Below, piece after piece: positions 46,490-56,003 of a stretch of DNA of 60,349 nt. This DNA comes from a virus (lineage: Duplodnaviria > Caudoviricetes), in IMG/VR virus record IMGVR_UViG_3300037313_001400, positions 1 through 60,349 of that record. The stretch is one strand, 5' to 3'. Made by a program: the position numbers and the translations under genes. The notes under the pieces are model-generated. The model was not told the origin of the DNA. It saw nothing but the letters and a program-made list of their open reading frames with translations, and did no database searches. Numbering within the stretch: position 1 is the stretch's first letter; the number at the start of each line of letters is the position of its first letter.

Positions 46490-49057
46490 TTAAGCCGCCT
46501 GGTACGCCGGGTGGTTATCCTCCAGCCACTGCTGTAGACGATCCTGTTCGTAGATCACCGAAGAATCTTCGACCTCGTGAGCGTCACCCCAATGCTGTCC
46601 CAACTTCAGATCTGCCACGATCGGAATGGTGAGTACCGTACCGAACTTCTTGCGCAGGGGTGTGGGATCCTCCATGGTATTCTTGATGATGGGCAGGGCT
46701 CGAGCGAGGTGGTCATTCCTGACCTCAAAGTTCACGGCGTCGTGAACCAAGCCCAGGCAGTTGCCGGCGATACCCTGACGTCGGAACTCTTCGTTGATCA
46801 GGGTCATGCTGAGCAGCGCCATGTCAGAGGCGAAGCCCTGCACTGGTGAGTTGATTGCCTGTCGCTCTGCTTCGGCTTGGACCCCCTTATCGGGCGAGTA
46901 GATATCGGGCAGGTGCCTGATGCGCCCTAGCGGCGACTGGACTCGTCCATTGGCGTGCGCAAGGCGGCGCATTCGAGCGTGCCAGGGCAGCAGGTCGGGG
47001 AAGAGATCGAAGTATGCGGTACGGTAGTTCTTCGATTCCTGCTCAGTGAAGACCGCACCATAGTTGTTGAACGCGGTTTCGATGAACTTCTTCCAGCCCA
47101 TGCCGTAGAGGAAACCGAAGTTAACCGGCTTACCGACCTTCTTGCGAATCTCCTTGGTGATCTTGTGGGCCGGGAGCCCGGTGACCGCCATGGCTGTGGT
47201 GAGGTGGATATCCGCGCCCTGTTGGTAAAGGGCGATCATGTGGCGTTCCTTGGCGATGAACGCGGCGATCCTCAGCTCGATCTGGGAGTAGTCGGCCTCG
47301 ACGAAGGTCCAACCGGGCGGTGCGCCGAACATACCCCGGATGAATGGATCTCGAGGTACCTGCTGAAGGTTAACCCCTCGAAGATCGGTACGACCCGAGA
47401 CCTTCTCGGCATCGGCCTTACCAGAGCTGAGTCGACCCGTTACCGTGCCGCACAACTTGAAGTTGGTGTGGATGCGGTGGTTCTCATCGTACATCTTCTC
47501 GTAGGCATTGAAGAACGAGCTCAGGTTCTTCTGCCATCCAACCCGCTCGAGCATGAGGTCGATGGCGGGGTGGTGGTGATCGGCCTGCAGGTGGAGAAGA
47601 ACCGACTCAGCCATGCTGGGGTCACCCGGCGAGCCATCATCCTTTTCTTTGCCCCGTTCGAGCACTGGCAGGCCGAGGTGTTCGAAGAGGAACCAACGGG
47701 CGAAGAGACCGGCATTGTAGTTGATGTCGAGAGGTTTACCAGTCTTGTGGTGCTTGGGCCATTCTTCGGAATCACGATCGGGAAGAAACTCACCGAGCTG
47801 GTCCTCGATTCCTTTGAGTTTGGCTTCAGCCTGAGGTTTTCTCTCGGCATGACGCTTGACATCAAACCAGATGCCTCGTCGTTCGATGTGGACCAAGTCT
47901 CGACTTGCCGGCATCATGAGCTTGGTCAGCACCCGGGCGAGTCGGGGCTCTTGCTTGAGTTCCGCTACCTGTTGCCCCTTCACCTTGAGGGTGTAGAAGG
48001 TATCCAGGAAGTTATACTCAAGCACCTCATGGAGGGGGTCGTTGAGAAGGTTCTTAGTGTCACGGCCCCAAGGCGGTACGCCGAGTCGAGCCATGGCATT
48101 GGGCTTGAGACCCTTAGCCCCGTTCTCATTGATAAGATGCTGGGCGATCATGGTGTCAAAGGTCTGCTTCAGGTCCACACCAAAGTGAACCAGCCACCGG
48201 CAGTCGAACTTGCCATTCTGGGCGATGACCTTTGGGATGGATTCCAGTGCCTCCTTGAGGAACTTGAGCACCGACTTCCACTTGCGCTGCCAGACCGACT
48301 CCGGATGATACAGGGGCAAGGCGAAGCCGAAGACCTTCTGACTCGATTCGCCCGTATCGGGGTCAACCACCGTGACCAGGCAAGTACCCGCCACCGAGAT
48401 GATCTTAGCTCCGGGGTCGAACTCACCGAGAGGGTTGATTGTGGACTCGATGTCGATACTGATGGTGTGGCTCATGAAGAGGATTTTCTTCAGAGCCTTC
48501 AGTTTCTTCTCGGTGTCGATCGTGCTGTACTTCGGCACCCTGATCTCAGAGATCTTACCGTAGTAGGAATTCGAGAAGAGGCGCAGGTCAGCCATGTACC
48601 CCCCGAGCTGACCCGGGTTGCGTGAGACGGCCGCCGGAGACACCGTGGGGAATACCTCGTACTCGCCCTTGTCGATGGGCTTGCCCCGGTACTTCATGAT
48701 GCCAGACTTGCCGGCGGCAGACAGCAGGCCCTCATTACCCAGGGCGAGTACGTGGGTGGGCTTGATTACCTCGAGCTCTCGTTCGAGGTGTTGCCGGCAG
48801 GCCTTGATGTCCCCGTTGCTGGCGTTATCCTCAAAGTTACGGCACTTCAGTGCCGAGGTGAAGTAAACTTCTCGGGGGTCGATGTCCACTTCGCGAAGCT
48901 GCTGCTCGAGGAGTTTCTGGTACTTCTCCGAGTTCGGCATCTTGGAGATGACCATGACCTCAGCGTTGGTCGGACCGAAGCCCATCTCACAGACTTCGTC
49001 GGTGTTGCGCTGTAGCTTACACCCCATGCAGTCTCGGTCGGGCAGGAGGTTAGTCAT
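46490..49057 (-). CDS. polA: DNA polymerase family A with N-terminal family-4 UDG-like domain and 3'-5' exonuclease
   Basis: ADYSQIELR, KPVNFGFLYG, VHDA; exonuclease DIE/NGKFD/YNFLD; N-terminal CxxC...KC...AC. Confidence 0.95.
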   Translation of the reverse strand: MTNLLPDRDCMGCKLQRNTDEVCEMGFGPTNAEVMVISKMPNSEKYQKLLEQQLREVDIDPREVYFTSALKCRNFEDNASNGDIKACRQHLERELEVIKPTHVLALGNEGLLSAAGKSGIMKYRGKPIDKGEYEVFPTVSPAAVSRNPGQLGGYMADLRLFSNSYYGKISEIRVPKYSTIDTEKKLKALKKILFMSHTISIDIESTINPLGEFDPGAKIISVAGTCLVTVVDPDTGESSQKVFGFALPLYHPESVWQRKWKSVLKFLKEALESIPKVIAQNGKFDCRWLVHFGVDLKQTFDTMIAQHLINENGAKGLKPNAMARLGVPPWGRDTKNLLNDPLHEVLEYNFLDTFYTLKVKGQQVAELKQEPRLARVLTKLMMPASRDLVHIERRGIWFDVKRHAERKPQAEAKLKGIEDQLGEFLPDRDSEEWPKHHKTGKPLDINYNAGLFARWFLFEHLGLPVLERGKEKDDGSPGDPSMAESVLLHLQADHHHPAIDLMLERVGWQKNLSSFFNAYEKMYDENHRIHTNFKLCGTVTGRLSSGKADAEKVSGRTDLRGVNLQQVPRDPFIRGMFGAPPGWTFVEADYSQIELRIAAFIAKERHMIALYQQGADIHLTTAMAVTGLPAHKITKEIRKKVGKPVNFGFLYGMGWKKFIETAFNNYGAVFTEQESKNYRTAYFDLFPDLLPWHARMRRLAHANGRVQSPLGRIRHLPDIYSPDKGVQAEAERQAINSPVQGFASDMALLSMTLINEEFRRQGIAGNCLGLVHDAVNFEVRNDHLARALPIIKNTMEDPTPLRKKFGTVLTIPIVADLKLGQHWGDAHEVEDSSVIYEQDRLQQWLEDNHPAYQAA

Positions 49058-49550
49058 GGCTATACCTTACCACGACTAGCCCAGCCTGTTCGAGTAGCAG
49101 CAGACCGTCATTCTGGCGATGGGGCTCGTACCAAACCACGCGCTTGATCTCGGCGTTGATGATCAATCCGGCGCAGTTCAGGCAGGGCATCCTCGTGGTG
49201 TGGAGCTCGGCACCCTTGACTCCCACACCATACTTGGCGGCGTGCACCAGGGCGTTGGCCTCGGCGTGAACCGCGAGGGTGCAGGGTTGTCGGGTGATGC
49301 ACCAAGTGTCATGCTCGGTATCCCCCTCGACGAAGTCAACTAGGCCGACCCCTGGGGCCATGGTGCAGTTGCACCCATGGGCGCAGTGGGGCATGCCCGT
49401 GGGAGCCCCGTTGTAACCGCTGGCGAGTATGCGACCCTCGCGACTGAGTACGGTGCCGACCTGAGCTCGGCTGCAGGTGGATCGGAGAGCCCAGTTCTTG
49501 GCGCTCTGCATGAGGACCCAATCACGGGGCGGTCGATCGAGTTCGTTCAT
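49050..49550 (-). CDS. dCMP deaminase
   Basis: RSTC...GYNG, HAEANA, PCLNC. Confidence 0.93.
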   Translation of the reverse strand: MNELDRPPRDWVLMQSAKNWALRSTCSRAQVGTVLSREGRILASGYNGAPTGMPHCAHGCNCTMAPGVGLVDFVEGDTEHDTWCITRQPCTLAVHAEANALVHAAKYGVGVKGAELHTTRMPCLNCAGLIINAEIKRVVWYEPHRQNDGLLLLEQAGLVVVRYSHD

Positions 49551-50425
49551 CCCAGTGCCTCACGGAGTCGTACGGACTTTTCGATCGTGGCTTGTCGGCG
49601 AAGGTGATTGACCATGGCGCGATCACCCTCGAAGATGTGGAAAGAGCCGATGTGCATGGTGAGGTCGCCCATGGCCAGTTCTTCCACACCATGCTGAACG
49701 GTGGCGTAGAGGAAGGTCTCCCTCACCCAGTGACCGAGGCGAACCGCCATGTAGACATCGTCGCGGAAATGCCTCATGAAGTCGCATGCCCTCATGTGGT
49801 AAGTGAGGTGCAGTCGACCCGAGCGAATCATGAGATGGTACCCCAGCGTACAGGGCACCCTTTCTCCCTCAGGTGCCCCGGTGTCCTCGGGGAACCATAT
49901 CGGCAGATAGGCTTGCCGAGTGAGGGGATTGGCGATGAGCCGCTCGACCACATCGAGGGCATCACCGTAGTGAAACCTGATGCCCTTGCGACCGAGGTCA
50001 CGGGGGTCGGGACCGTCCCATGAGTCCCACCACTCGTCGGTGTTCTCGGCGTATTTCGGCCAGAACCGTTCGGGGTAGGTGTGGGAGAACTTACCCTCGC
50101 TGAGGTGGTCAGCATGGCCTTGCTGGGCGAATGGCCACCACTTGTGGGAAGGCGGCGGATTCAGTGGGATACCACTGACCCGTTCTTGAAAGTGGTCCTC
50201 AGCCCACGGCAGGTTCGGTCGGTACTCGCGCTGCGCCCCTTCGATCGATTCGGGCATCCGCATCACCAGCGAGCTCTCCCTGAGCTCCCAAGTGACCTTC
50301 GAGCGATCGCCCTTGATGTCGAGCCCCTGCCACTGGCCGACGTCGACCGGGAGGGCGGCCTCCGAGAAGTCCTCGAGAAGCCGCCCCACCATGTCGGCGA
50401 AGGTCATACCCTGGTAGACCCTCAC
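49547..50425 (-). CDS. Thymidylate-synthase-fold enzyme 1 (dCMP hydroxymethylase-like)
   Basis: TRQA, VPCTLGYH, MRACDFMRHFRDD, HIGSFHIF. Confidence 0.85.
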   Translation of the reverse strand: MRVYQGMTFADMVGRLLEDFSEAALPVDVGQWQGLDIKGDRSKVTWELRESSLVMRMPESIEGAQREYRPNLPWAEDHFQERVSGIPLNPPPSHKWWPFAQQGHADHLSEGKFSHTYPERFWPKYAENTDEWWDSWDGPDPRDLGRKGIRFHYGDALDVVERLIANPLTRQAYLPIWFPEDTGAPEGERVPCTLGYHLMIRSGRLHLTYHMRACDFMRHFRDDVYMAVRLGHWVRETFLYATVQHGVEELAMGDLTMHIGSFHIFEGDRAMVNHLRRQATIEKSVRLREALG

Positions 50426-50434
50426 ATTGTGCTC

Positions 50435-50665
50435 CTATGCGCCCGGGAGGCAGTAGATGCAGGTGCAGTCGATTCCATGAGCGTCGAACTGCTCGGGTTC
50501 ATCGTCGTATTCACCCGAGCAGTAGTCGCACTCGCAGTCGACGGGGTGCACCCCGCATCGACAGGGCTTGTCCTCCTCGCCCGGAGGCCAGGGCGCACTC
50601 GTCCAGGCATCGGGGTCTCGGGCGTTGAGTCGCTCCCCATGGGTCAGCGGTCGCAGCTCAGCCAT
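50435..50665 (-). CDS. Small Cys-rich acidic protein
   Basis: CRC, CECDYC, HGIDCTCIYC. Confidence 0.6.
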   Translation of the reverse strand: MAELRPLTHGERLNARDPDAWTSAPWPPGEEDKPCRCGVHPVDCECDYCSGEYDDEPEQFDAHGIDCTCIYCLPGA

Positions 50666-51089
50666 TGTCAGTCACCACCTTGATCTCGAGCTTCACGTCG
50701 TCGCTGCCCGTGAGGGCGTCACTCATGGTTTCCCACATCTGGTCCTGCTCGATCTCCAGCATCTCATCCACCGTGGGGTTGTCCCCGAAGCCCCAGTTCT
50801 TGAACGACTCGAGGTCGACCTCGTACTCGTAGGTCGCCGTGATGCGGAACTTGGGCGAGACCCGGAAGGCCTCAACTTCCCCCTGAGTGACCGGCCCCTC
50901 GGTGTAGGTGTCCAAGAAGCTTTGGATCCCGAGAGCGGCACCTTCCTGCCACCCCGGACGCCTCGGCAGCCAAAGGGCGAAGACCACGTACTTCTCGTCG
51001 TCCCTCACCCCGAAGCTGTCGACCTTGGCGAAGGTCTTCCCCTCGGGGTCGAAGTAGATGTGCCCGAGCTTCAGGTTGATCTTACTCAT
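50658..51089 (-). CDS. Hypothetical protein
   Basis: GAGGAGG RBS before MSKINLK. Confidence 0.65.
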   Translation of the reverse strand: MSKINLKLGHIYFDPEGKTFAKVDSFGVRDDEKYVVFALWLPRRPGWQEGAALGIQSFLDTYTEGPVTQGEVEAFRVSPKFRITATYEYEVDLESFKNWGFGDNPTVDEMLEIEQDQMWETMSDALTGSDDVKLEIKVVTDNG

Positions 51090-51306
51090 CGTCGTCCTCC
51101 TCGTCATCCGTCGGGTCCCAAGTAGCCAGGGGCCAGCGAGCGGTGGTTGCCCATACTCGGGTCGGGCATGGGTGAGTGTAGCCGCATTCCCCACAGTCGC
51201 TGTCGGAGAAACCCCCCTCATGCTTAGTGGGCACATGGGCTTCGGCGATCCTAGAGAGGCGGCTCATGGCCGTCTCCATTAGTTCATCCGACGGCTCACT
51301 CGTCAT
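51082..51306 (-). CDS. Small Cys/His protein
   Basis: H...CGECGYTHPCPT. Confidence 0.6.
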   Translation of the reverse strand: MTSEPSDELMETAMSRLSRIAEAHVPTKHEGGFSDSDCGECGYTHPCPTRVWATTARWPLATWDPTDDEEDDDE

Positions 51307-52330
51307 CGTCGTCGTCCTCCATGTCCTCGCCGGGGACGTAGTCGCCCCCGTACTTCTGCCCGAAAGGCATCTTAAGGCACGAGAAGTCGAGGTCCTGAAT
51401 CAAGGTGTTCGGGAGGGGAAGGTAGGCCTTGAAGTACTCCTTGTCCTGCCCCGCCTTCTCCCCCACCTTGTACTTCGAGTAACCCTCGAACTTCTGAGCG
51501 TGTTCGTAGCCGAAGACCTCGGTGTGCCATCGCCGACGGATTCGGCGGTAGGTGTTGTAGTTCATCTCCCCGTAGGTGATCCCGTCGCGGTCTTCCTTGC
51601 GAACCTTGGTGAGCCAGGTGCGTGTCATGGTCAGCGCCGGCGAGGAGTGCAGGAGCTCGAGCTCGTCGGGCTCCAGCTTCATCAGGGGCTTCGTCAGCAG
51701 TCGACGGTAGAGGTTCCTGGACTGGGGGTCCTCGTTGTTGAGCAGGTAGGCCATGCACTTGAAGTTGTGCCATTGGATCGCCTCGTTGGTCCACACGAAG
51801 CTGAAGTCCTCGGGCTGCAAGCCGAGCTCGTGACCGAGGTACTTGGCGCACATCCAGGCGACCGAGAGGTCGAGGGCCCCGATGTAGCCAAGGTAGCTGG
51901 TCCTCGAGTGCAGGTGGATCGTCGGGCGGGGCAGAGCCTTGTAGCTGATCGAGATCATACAGGAGCCCCAGCGTCGAGTCTCCTTGTTCTTGTGGCCCGT
52001 CGCGGCACCCCCCCGAGGCTTGACGATGTTGGTACGCATCAGGGCAATGCCCCGATCCTTGGTACCGATCTTCTCGGTGCAGAGCTGAATCCACTTGTTC
52101 AGCGACTCGGGGTCGATGTACTGGTTGACCATCATGGACCACCGCGACTTGGTCAGCCAGTGGCTCTTGAGGTCGAACTCCCAGGCCATCGACTTGGCGT
52201 AGCCCATGACGTCATGGATCTGTACGTCCACGTTGGAGATGACGTCGAGCTCCTCCTTCTTGGCGAAGATCAGCGAGGTCGTCATCATGGTGTGGAGATC
52301 AGTGAGGGTCTCAGCCTCATAGGTGCGCAT
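51296..52330 (-). CDS. Thymidylate-synthase-fold enzyme 2 (highly divergent)
   Basis: RRWGSCMISISY, LHSRTSYLGYIGALD, WTNEAIQWH map onto the TS PC, RSxD..N and HIY motifs. Confidence 0.6.
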   Translation of the reverse strand: MRTYEAETLTDLHTMMTTSLIFAKKEELDVISNVDVQIHDVMGYAKSMAWEFDLKSHWLTKSRWSMMVNQYIDPESLNKWIQLCTEKIGTKDRGIALMRTNIVKPRGGAATGHKNKETRRWGSCMISISYKALPRPTIHLHSRTSYLGYIGALDLSVAWMCAKYLGHELGLQPEDFSFVWTNEAIQWHNFKCMAYLLNNEDPQSRNLYRRLLTKPLMKLEPDELELLHSSPALTMTRTWLTKVRKEDRDGITYGEMNYNTYRRIRRRWHTEVFGYEHAQKFEGYSKYKVGEKAGQDKEYFKAYLPLPNTLIQDLDFSCLKMPFGQKYGGDYVPGEDMEDDDDDE

Positions 52331-52333
52331 GGG

Positions 52334-52483
52334 CTACCATATTTCCGTGAAGAAGTGAACCGTGCCGATGATGAGAACCGCGGCGAGGCAGGCGGCCAGA
52401 ACCAGCACTGCCGTCGCCGCGATTTCACCCACTGCGCCGGCGACCTCACGAACCTTGACAGCCCGAGAACGGTCGTCGGTCAT
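52334..52483 (-). CDS. Small membrane protein (49 aa)
   Basis: AAGGAG RBS, one TM helix; not in the ORF track. Confidence 0.55.
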   Translation of the reverse strand: MTDDRSRAVKVREVAGAVGEIAATAVLVLAACLAAVLIIGTVHFFTEIW

Positions 52484-52489
52484 GGTGTA

Positions 52490-52738
52490 TTACTCCTTGT
52501 GCTCAGTGATGCGGAGCCAGCTCAGCTCCTCCGTGTCCTGACCTCGGTTACCCCAGAGAGTCAGCTTCCACTTGTCCTCGCAGCTACCGCACTTCCACAC
52601 CGAGCCGATGACCGCGCGAGCTTCGGTGATGTCGCGCTGAGAGGGCACGGCGCAGTCGTGGATGATGGTAACCCACTGGCCCTCGTGCTTGCTGCCGGTG
52701 CTCTGTACCTTGCGGTATCGTCCGTCCTCGGTCGCCAT
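52490..52738 (-). CDS. Hypothetical protein
   Basis: HDC...GSVWKCGSC. Confidence 0.6.
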   Translation of the reverse strand: MATEDGRYRKVQSTGSKHEGQWVTIIHDCAVPSQRDITEARAVIGSVWKCGSCEDKWKLTLWGNRGQDTEELSWLRITEHKE

Positions 52739-52739
52739 G

Positions 52740-53228
52740 TCAGTAGCCGTTGTTCTGACGGTCGATGTTCTTCTTGTGCATCCGGAAGTAGGCCTCGTAG
52801 AGGTCCATCGGCGAGATACCGGCGGTGATGCACATCTCGAGGAAGAAGTGGAAGGAGTCCGCCATCTCCTCGACGAAGGCCTTGGTGTTGGTCTGCACCT
52901 CGGTGCGCTTCCAGGGCTTGAGCTTCAGCTCCTGCATCGCCTCGGCGAGCTCACGGCTCAGATATCCGTAGAGCTCGTGGAGCCTGGCCTGCACCTTGCG
53001 CGAGTTGAGGTCGCCCTCCTCCTCCTCGAAGATAACCGGCGATCCGTTCGAGTCCTCGATGTCGTGGAGCTTCGCCATGGTCTCGCGCTGGCCCTGGTAC
53101 ATCAGCTTCAGCAGGTCCCCCTTCATGTAGGGGAACGAGGCGAGCTGTCGGTCCTCGTCCGTGATGACCAGGGCGCCGTCCGCCTTGACGTCAGCGGGAG
53201 CCAGCGACTCGGAGATGGTGGTGGTCAA
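52740..53228 (-). CDS. All-alpha dNTP pyrophosphatase (dimeric dUTPase/MazG/dCTPase-like)
   Basis: ELAEAM...KPWK...EEMADSFHFF...KNIDRQNNGY. Confidence 0.85.
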   Translation of the reverse strand: MTTTISESLAPADVKADGALVITDEDRQLASFPYMKGDLLKLMYQGQRETMAKLHDIEDSNGSPVIFEEEEGDLNSRKVQARLHELYGYLSRELAEAMQELKLKPWKRTEVQTNTKAFVEEMADSFHFFLEMCITAGISPMDLYEAYFRMHKKNIDRQNNGY

Positions 53229-53769
53229 CGTAGTCCTCGTTTCGCTTGTTGAGTTCACGGCGCGTCCATTCCATGACGTCGTCGTATTTGGTGGTGCGGT
53301 AGTTGTAGATGCGCCCCACACCCCGGTCGAGGTCGAGTGCAGCCCGGGTGACGTAGCCCGCGTAGACCGCCGTAATCCGACCCCGTACGGCGCTATTGTC
53401 CGTGTGGGGGTCGTTGACGTTGTTTCGAACGTCATTCAGCGAGGGCAGGCAGTAGATGATGATGGGGTCGGCCGAGTAGAACCTGCTGGTCATCTCGGCA
53501 ACCCAGCCCGGGTCGCAGAAGTTGGGGTTCTGCCTCACCTTGGTGGCCGGTCCGTAGATCGGCTCAGAGATGATGCGATGACGGTCGAAGATCATCCGCT
53601 GGAAGCCGCGACTGACGTTCAGCTCGGTCCACTTGGCGAGATCGGTGAGCGGCGTCATGTCGGAGGCCACTACCTTGGGGGCGATGGGGATACCCAGATC
53701 CTTCGAGAGCTTCTTCGCGAGCGAGGTCTTCCCCGCCCCGTCGGGCCCTTCGAGCACGATCATGATCAC
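53191..53769 (-). CDS. dNMP (thymidylate-like) kinase
   Basis: LEGPDGAGKTS, FDRH...SEPIYG. Confidence 0.88.
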   Translation of the reverse strand: MIMIVLEGPDGAGKTSLAKKLSKDLGIPIAPKVVASDMTPLTDLAKWTELNVSRGFQRMIFDRHRIISEPIYGPATKVRQNPNFCDPGWVAEMTSRFYSADPIIIYCLPSLNDVRNNVNDPHTDNSAVRGRITAVYAGYVTRAALDLDRGVGRIYNYRTTKYDDVMEWTRRELNKRNEDYVDHHHLRVAGSR

Positions 53770-54021
53770 AACCCTTGCTGAATGCCTCGTCTATCAAACG
53801 GGCATCACGGTCGATTTGCTCCCCGTCGGGGTTGGCTCGATGACCCAGCCGTCGACCCTCGGGGCGTAACTCCTGCTCGACCTCAGACTCGCGGTGGCGT
53901 AGAATCTCGGCAGCTGTTCGATCAGAACCGCCGAATAACCACCGCATCGGCCCTCCTCGGTCGGGGCAGTAAGATCACCCTATAACTCCCCCTGCCCCAA
54001 GTCAATGCACTTGGCATTGAG

Positions 54022-55506
54022 TCATTCTCGCAATAGGCGCTCGGGCGAAGCCATGATCGCCCTGCCCACGTTCCCGTCCTGTTGCAGCGTCTCATAGAGG
54101 AGTTCATCCACTGTCCCCTTCGCGATGAGGTACATGTAGATGGTCGAACGGTTCGACAGGGCGATGCGATCCTCGAACTGAGTGAAGTTGACCCAGCTCG
54201 GAGTCATGGAGAACCAGATGCAGATCGACGCGCTACTGAGGTCGATACCCTCAGCGGCAGCCTGCGGTTGCGCGATGAAGCATGAGGGGCCGGGCTTCTC
54301 ACGGAATGCACGGACGCTCTCGTCGCGCTCTTGGCGAGGCACGCCGCCCCGAACTACATAAACGGGTACCTTCAATTCCCCGCACATCTTCTCGATCGCC
54401 GCGATGTCGCCGACGAAGTGAGCCCCGACCACTACCTTCTCATCGGCCTCGAAGAGGTCGGTAAGCAGGTCCCTCATGGCTTCGAGCTTCTCCTGACCCA
54501 CCCGAACCAATCGACCCTCGGGGTAGTCATCGGTGGGCTCAGTCTTGGCGATGCCCGAGGTGATCTGCCTCAGTCGCAGGGTCTGTACCAGGGCGATAGA
54601 TGCCGTGGTAATCTCCCCCGACTTGAGTCGAGCCACCATCTCCTGCGCCATCTGGTCGTAGTACGGGGCGGACTCAACCAGCTCGATCGGGATGATCTGT
54701 TCACGTCGGGGGGGCAGGTCGAAGCACTCCTCACGACTGATGGCGAACCCATCAGCGTGGATCTGGTTGTGGAGGTCAGCTTCGTTCTGGTTCCTGATCC
54801 ACCTCGAATAGCCGTGGCCAGTATCCCTCCACACCCCATAGGTCGACTTGAAGGTGCCGGCACTCATGTTGAATCGATCGGGGTTCAGGAACTTCCACTG
54901 CGAGTGGATGTCGAAGACGCGCTTGGCCTTGGTCACCACCGTACCCGTCATGATGACTCGGTAGGGCGCGACCTTGCCCAGCTTGTGAAGCATCCGGGAC
55001 TTGACCGCCGAGCCCGACTTGATACGATGGGACTCGTCCAGAGCGATCAGGTGGGGCTGCCATCGTTCGAGTGCCTTGTAGATGTCGAAACGGCCTCCGC
55101 GCCTCTTGGATCGGCGCTTGTTGCCGTACTCATCCTGCTCGATGATCGCCCCCGGTGTGGAGAGCGCATCGTAGTTGATGATGACGAAATCCAGTACACC
55201 CTTGCTGTAGCGGGGCAACTGGACCCCCCTCTTACGGGAAGCCTTGTCCCAGGCTGTGATGCGGTACTTGTGGGGGCAGTGTTCCGCGATCTGATCCTCC
55301 CACACCCCGATGACGCCGAGGGGGCAGAAGATCAGTACTCGGTCGATCTTGCCGGCAGAGTGCATCGCCCCGGCGTAGTCGATCAGGGTCTTGGTCTTGC
55401 CGGTACGAGGAGCCATGAGAAGAGCCCCCCCGAAACCGGTGGACAGCAGCTTCTTGATGGCCGCTACCTGATGCCTGAACGGTTTCGTCTTGAAGCGGTA
55501 CTTCAC
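54022..55506 (-). CDS. SNF2-family helicase
   Basis: PRTGKT, LDESH, MTGT, EGIDL, QFEDRI. Confidence 0.92.
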   Translation of the reverse strand: MKYRFKTKPFRHQVAAIKKLLSTGFGGALLMAPRTGKTKTLIDYAGAMHSAGKIDRVLIFCPLGVIGVWEDQIAEHCPHKYRITAWDKASRKRGVQLPRYSKGVLDFVIINYDALSTPGAIIEQDEYGNKRRSKRRGGRFDIYKALERWQPHLIALDESHRIKSGSAVKSRMLHKLGKVAPYRVIMTGTVVTKAKRVFDIHSQWKFLNPDRFNMSAGTFKSTYGVWRDTGHGYSRWIRNQNEADLHNQIHADGFAISREECFDLPPRREQIIPIELVESAPYYDQMAQEMVARLKSGEITTASIALVQTLRLRQITSGIAKTEPTDDYPEGRLVRVGQEKLEAMRDLLTDLFEADEKVVVGAHFVGDIAAIEKMCGELKVPVYVVRGGVPRQERDESVRAFREKPGPSCFIAQPQAAAEGIDLSSASICIWFSMTPSWVNFTQFEDRIALSNRSTIYMYLIAKGTVDELLYETLQQDGNVGRAIMASPERLLRE

Positions 55507-55595
55507 CTTTACTCCTTTCCTCGCACCCCACCATGTGCGCGCTGGGCGATAGCCGGTGTATCGCTTGAAGACCGTCGAGTCGGGTACGAAGGCCT

Positions 55596-55931
55596 CTAAA
55601 ATGGTGCTTCCGGACTCTGGTAGTATCGAGGCCCGTTGATCATGTTCTCGCCTCGAACTTGACGTCTGGCCCGGTTCCACTGGAAAAGCTCCTTAACCCC
55701 CATGCATGTGTTGCAGATCTCCTCACCCTCGGGCAGGGTCGAAAGGAGCTTCAGGGGAGTCCGACGGCTGGGGGCGGTGCACCACCATTCGATGGTGTAT
55801 CGGGTGATTCGAGGTTCCTCAGGCAACCAGAGGACAGTACTCTTGTGGGGGTTGATCTCGTGAACCCGAAACGCCTTCGGGTGTGTGCTCATGCCGTACT
55901 TCACGTTCAGCTTGAGTCGCTGAATAGCCAT
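55596..55931 (-). CDS. Hypothetical protein
   Basis: GGAGG RBS and own promoter. Confidence 0.65.
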   Translation of the reverse strand: MAIQRLKLNVKYGMSTHPKAFRVHEINPHKSTVLWLPEEPRITRYTIEWWCTAPSRRTPLKLLSTLPEGEEICNTCMGVKELFQWNRARRQVRGENMINGPRYYQSPEAPF

Positions 55932-55939
55932 ATTACACC

Positions 55940-55984
55940 TCCTCGGTAGGGCTAATATATATCTGCCCTACCGAGGAAGTCAAT
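55940..55984 (-). promoter_or_regulatory. Promoter TTGACT-18-TATATT inside a 13-bp perfect inverted repeat
   Basis: TCCTCGGTAGGGC-12 nt-GCCCTACCGAGGA. Confidence 0.65.
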
Positions 55985-56003
55985 GGCCGCTTAGCTTACT
56001 GGG

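Noticed and set aside
49547-50425. Ordinary ThyA
   Set aside because: It lacks the PFN motif and has Asp at the specificity position; ThyA activity is not excluded without an assay
53564-53947. 127-aa ORF with an RBS upstream of the kinase
   Set aside because: It overlaps the kinase by about 200 nt and has no recognisable motif; left uncalled
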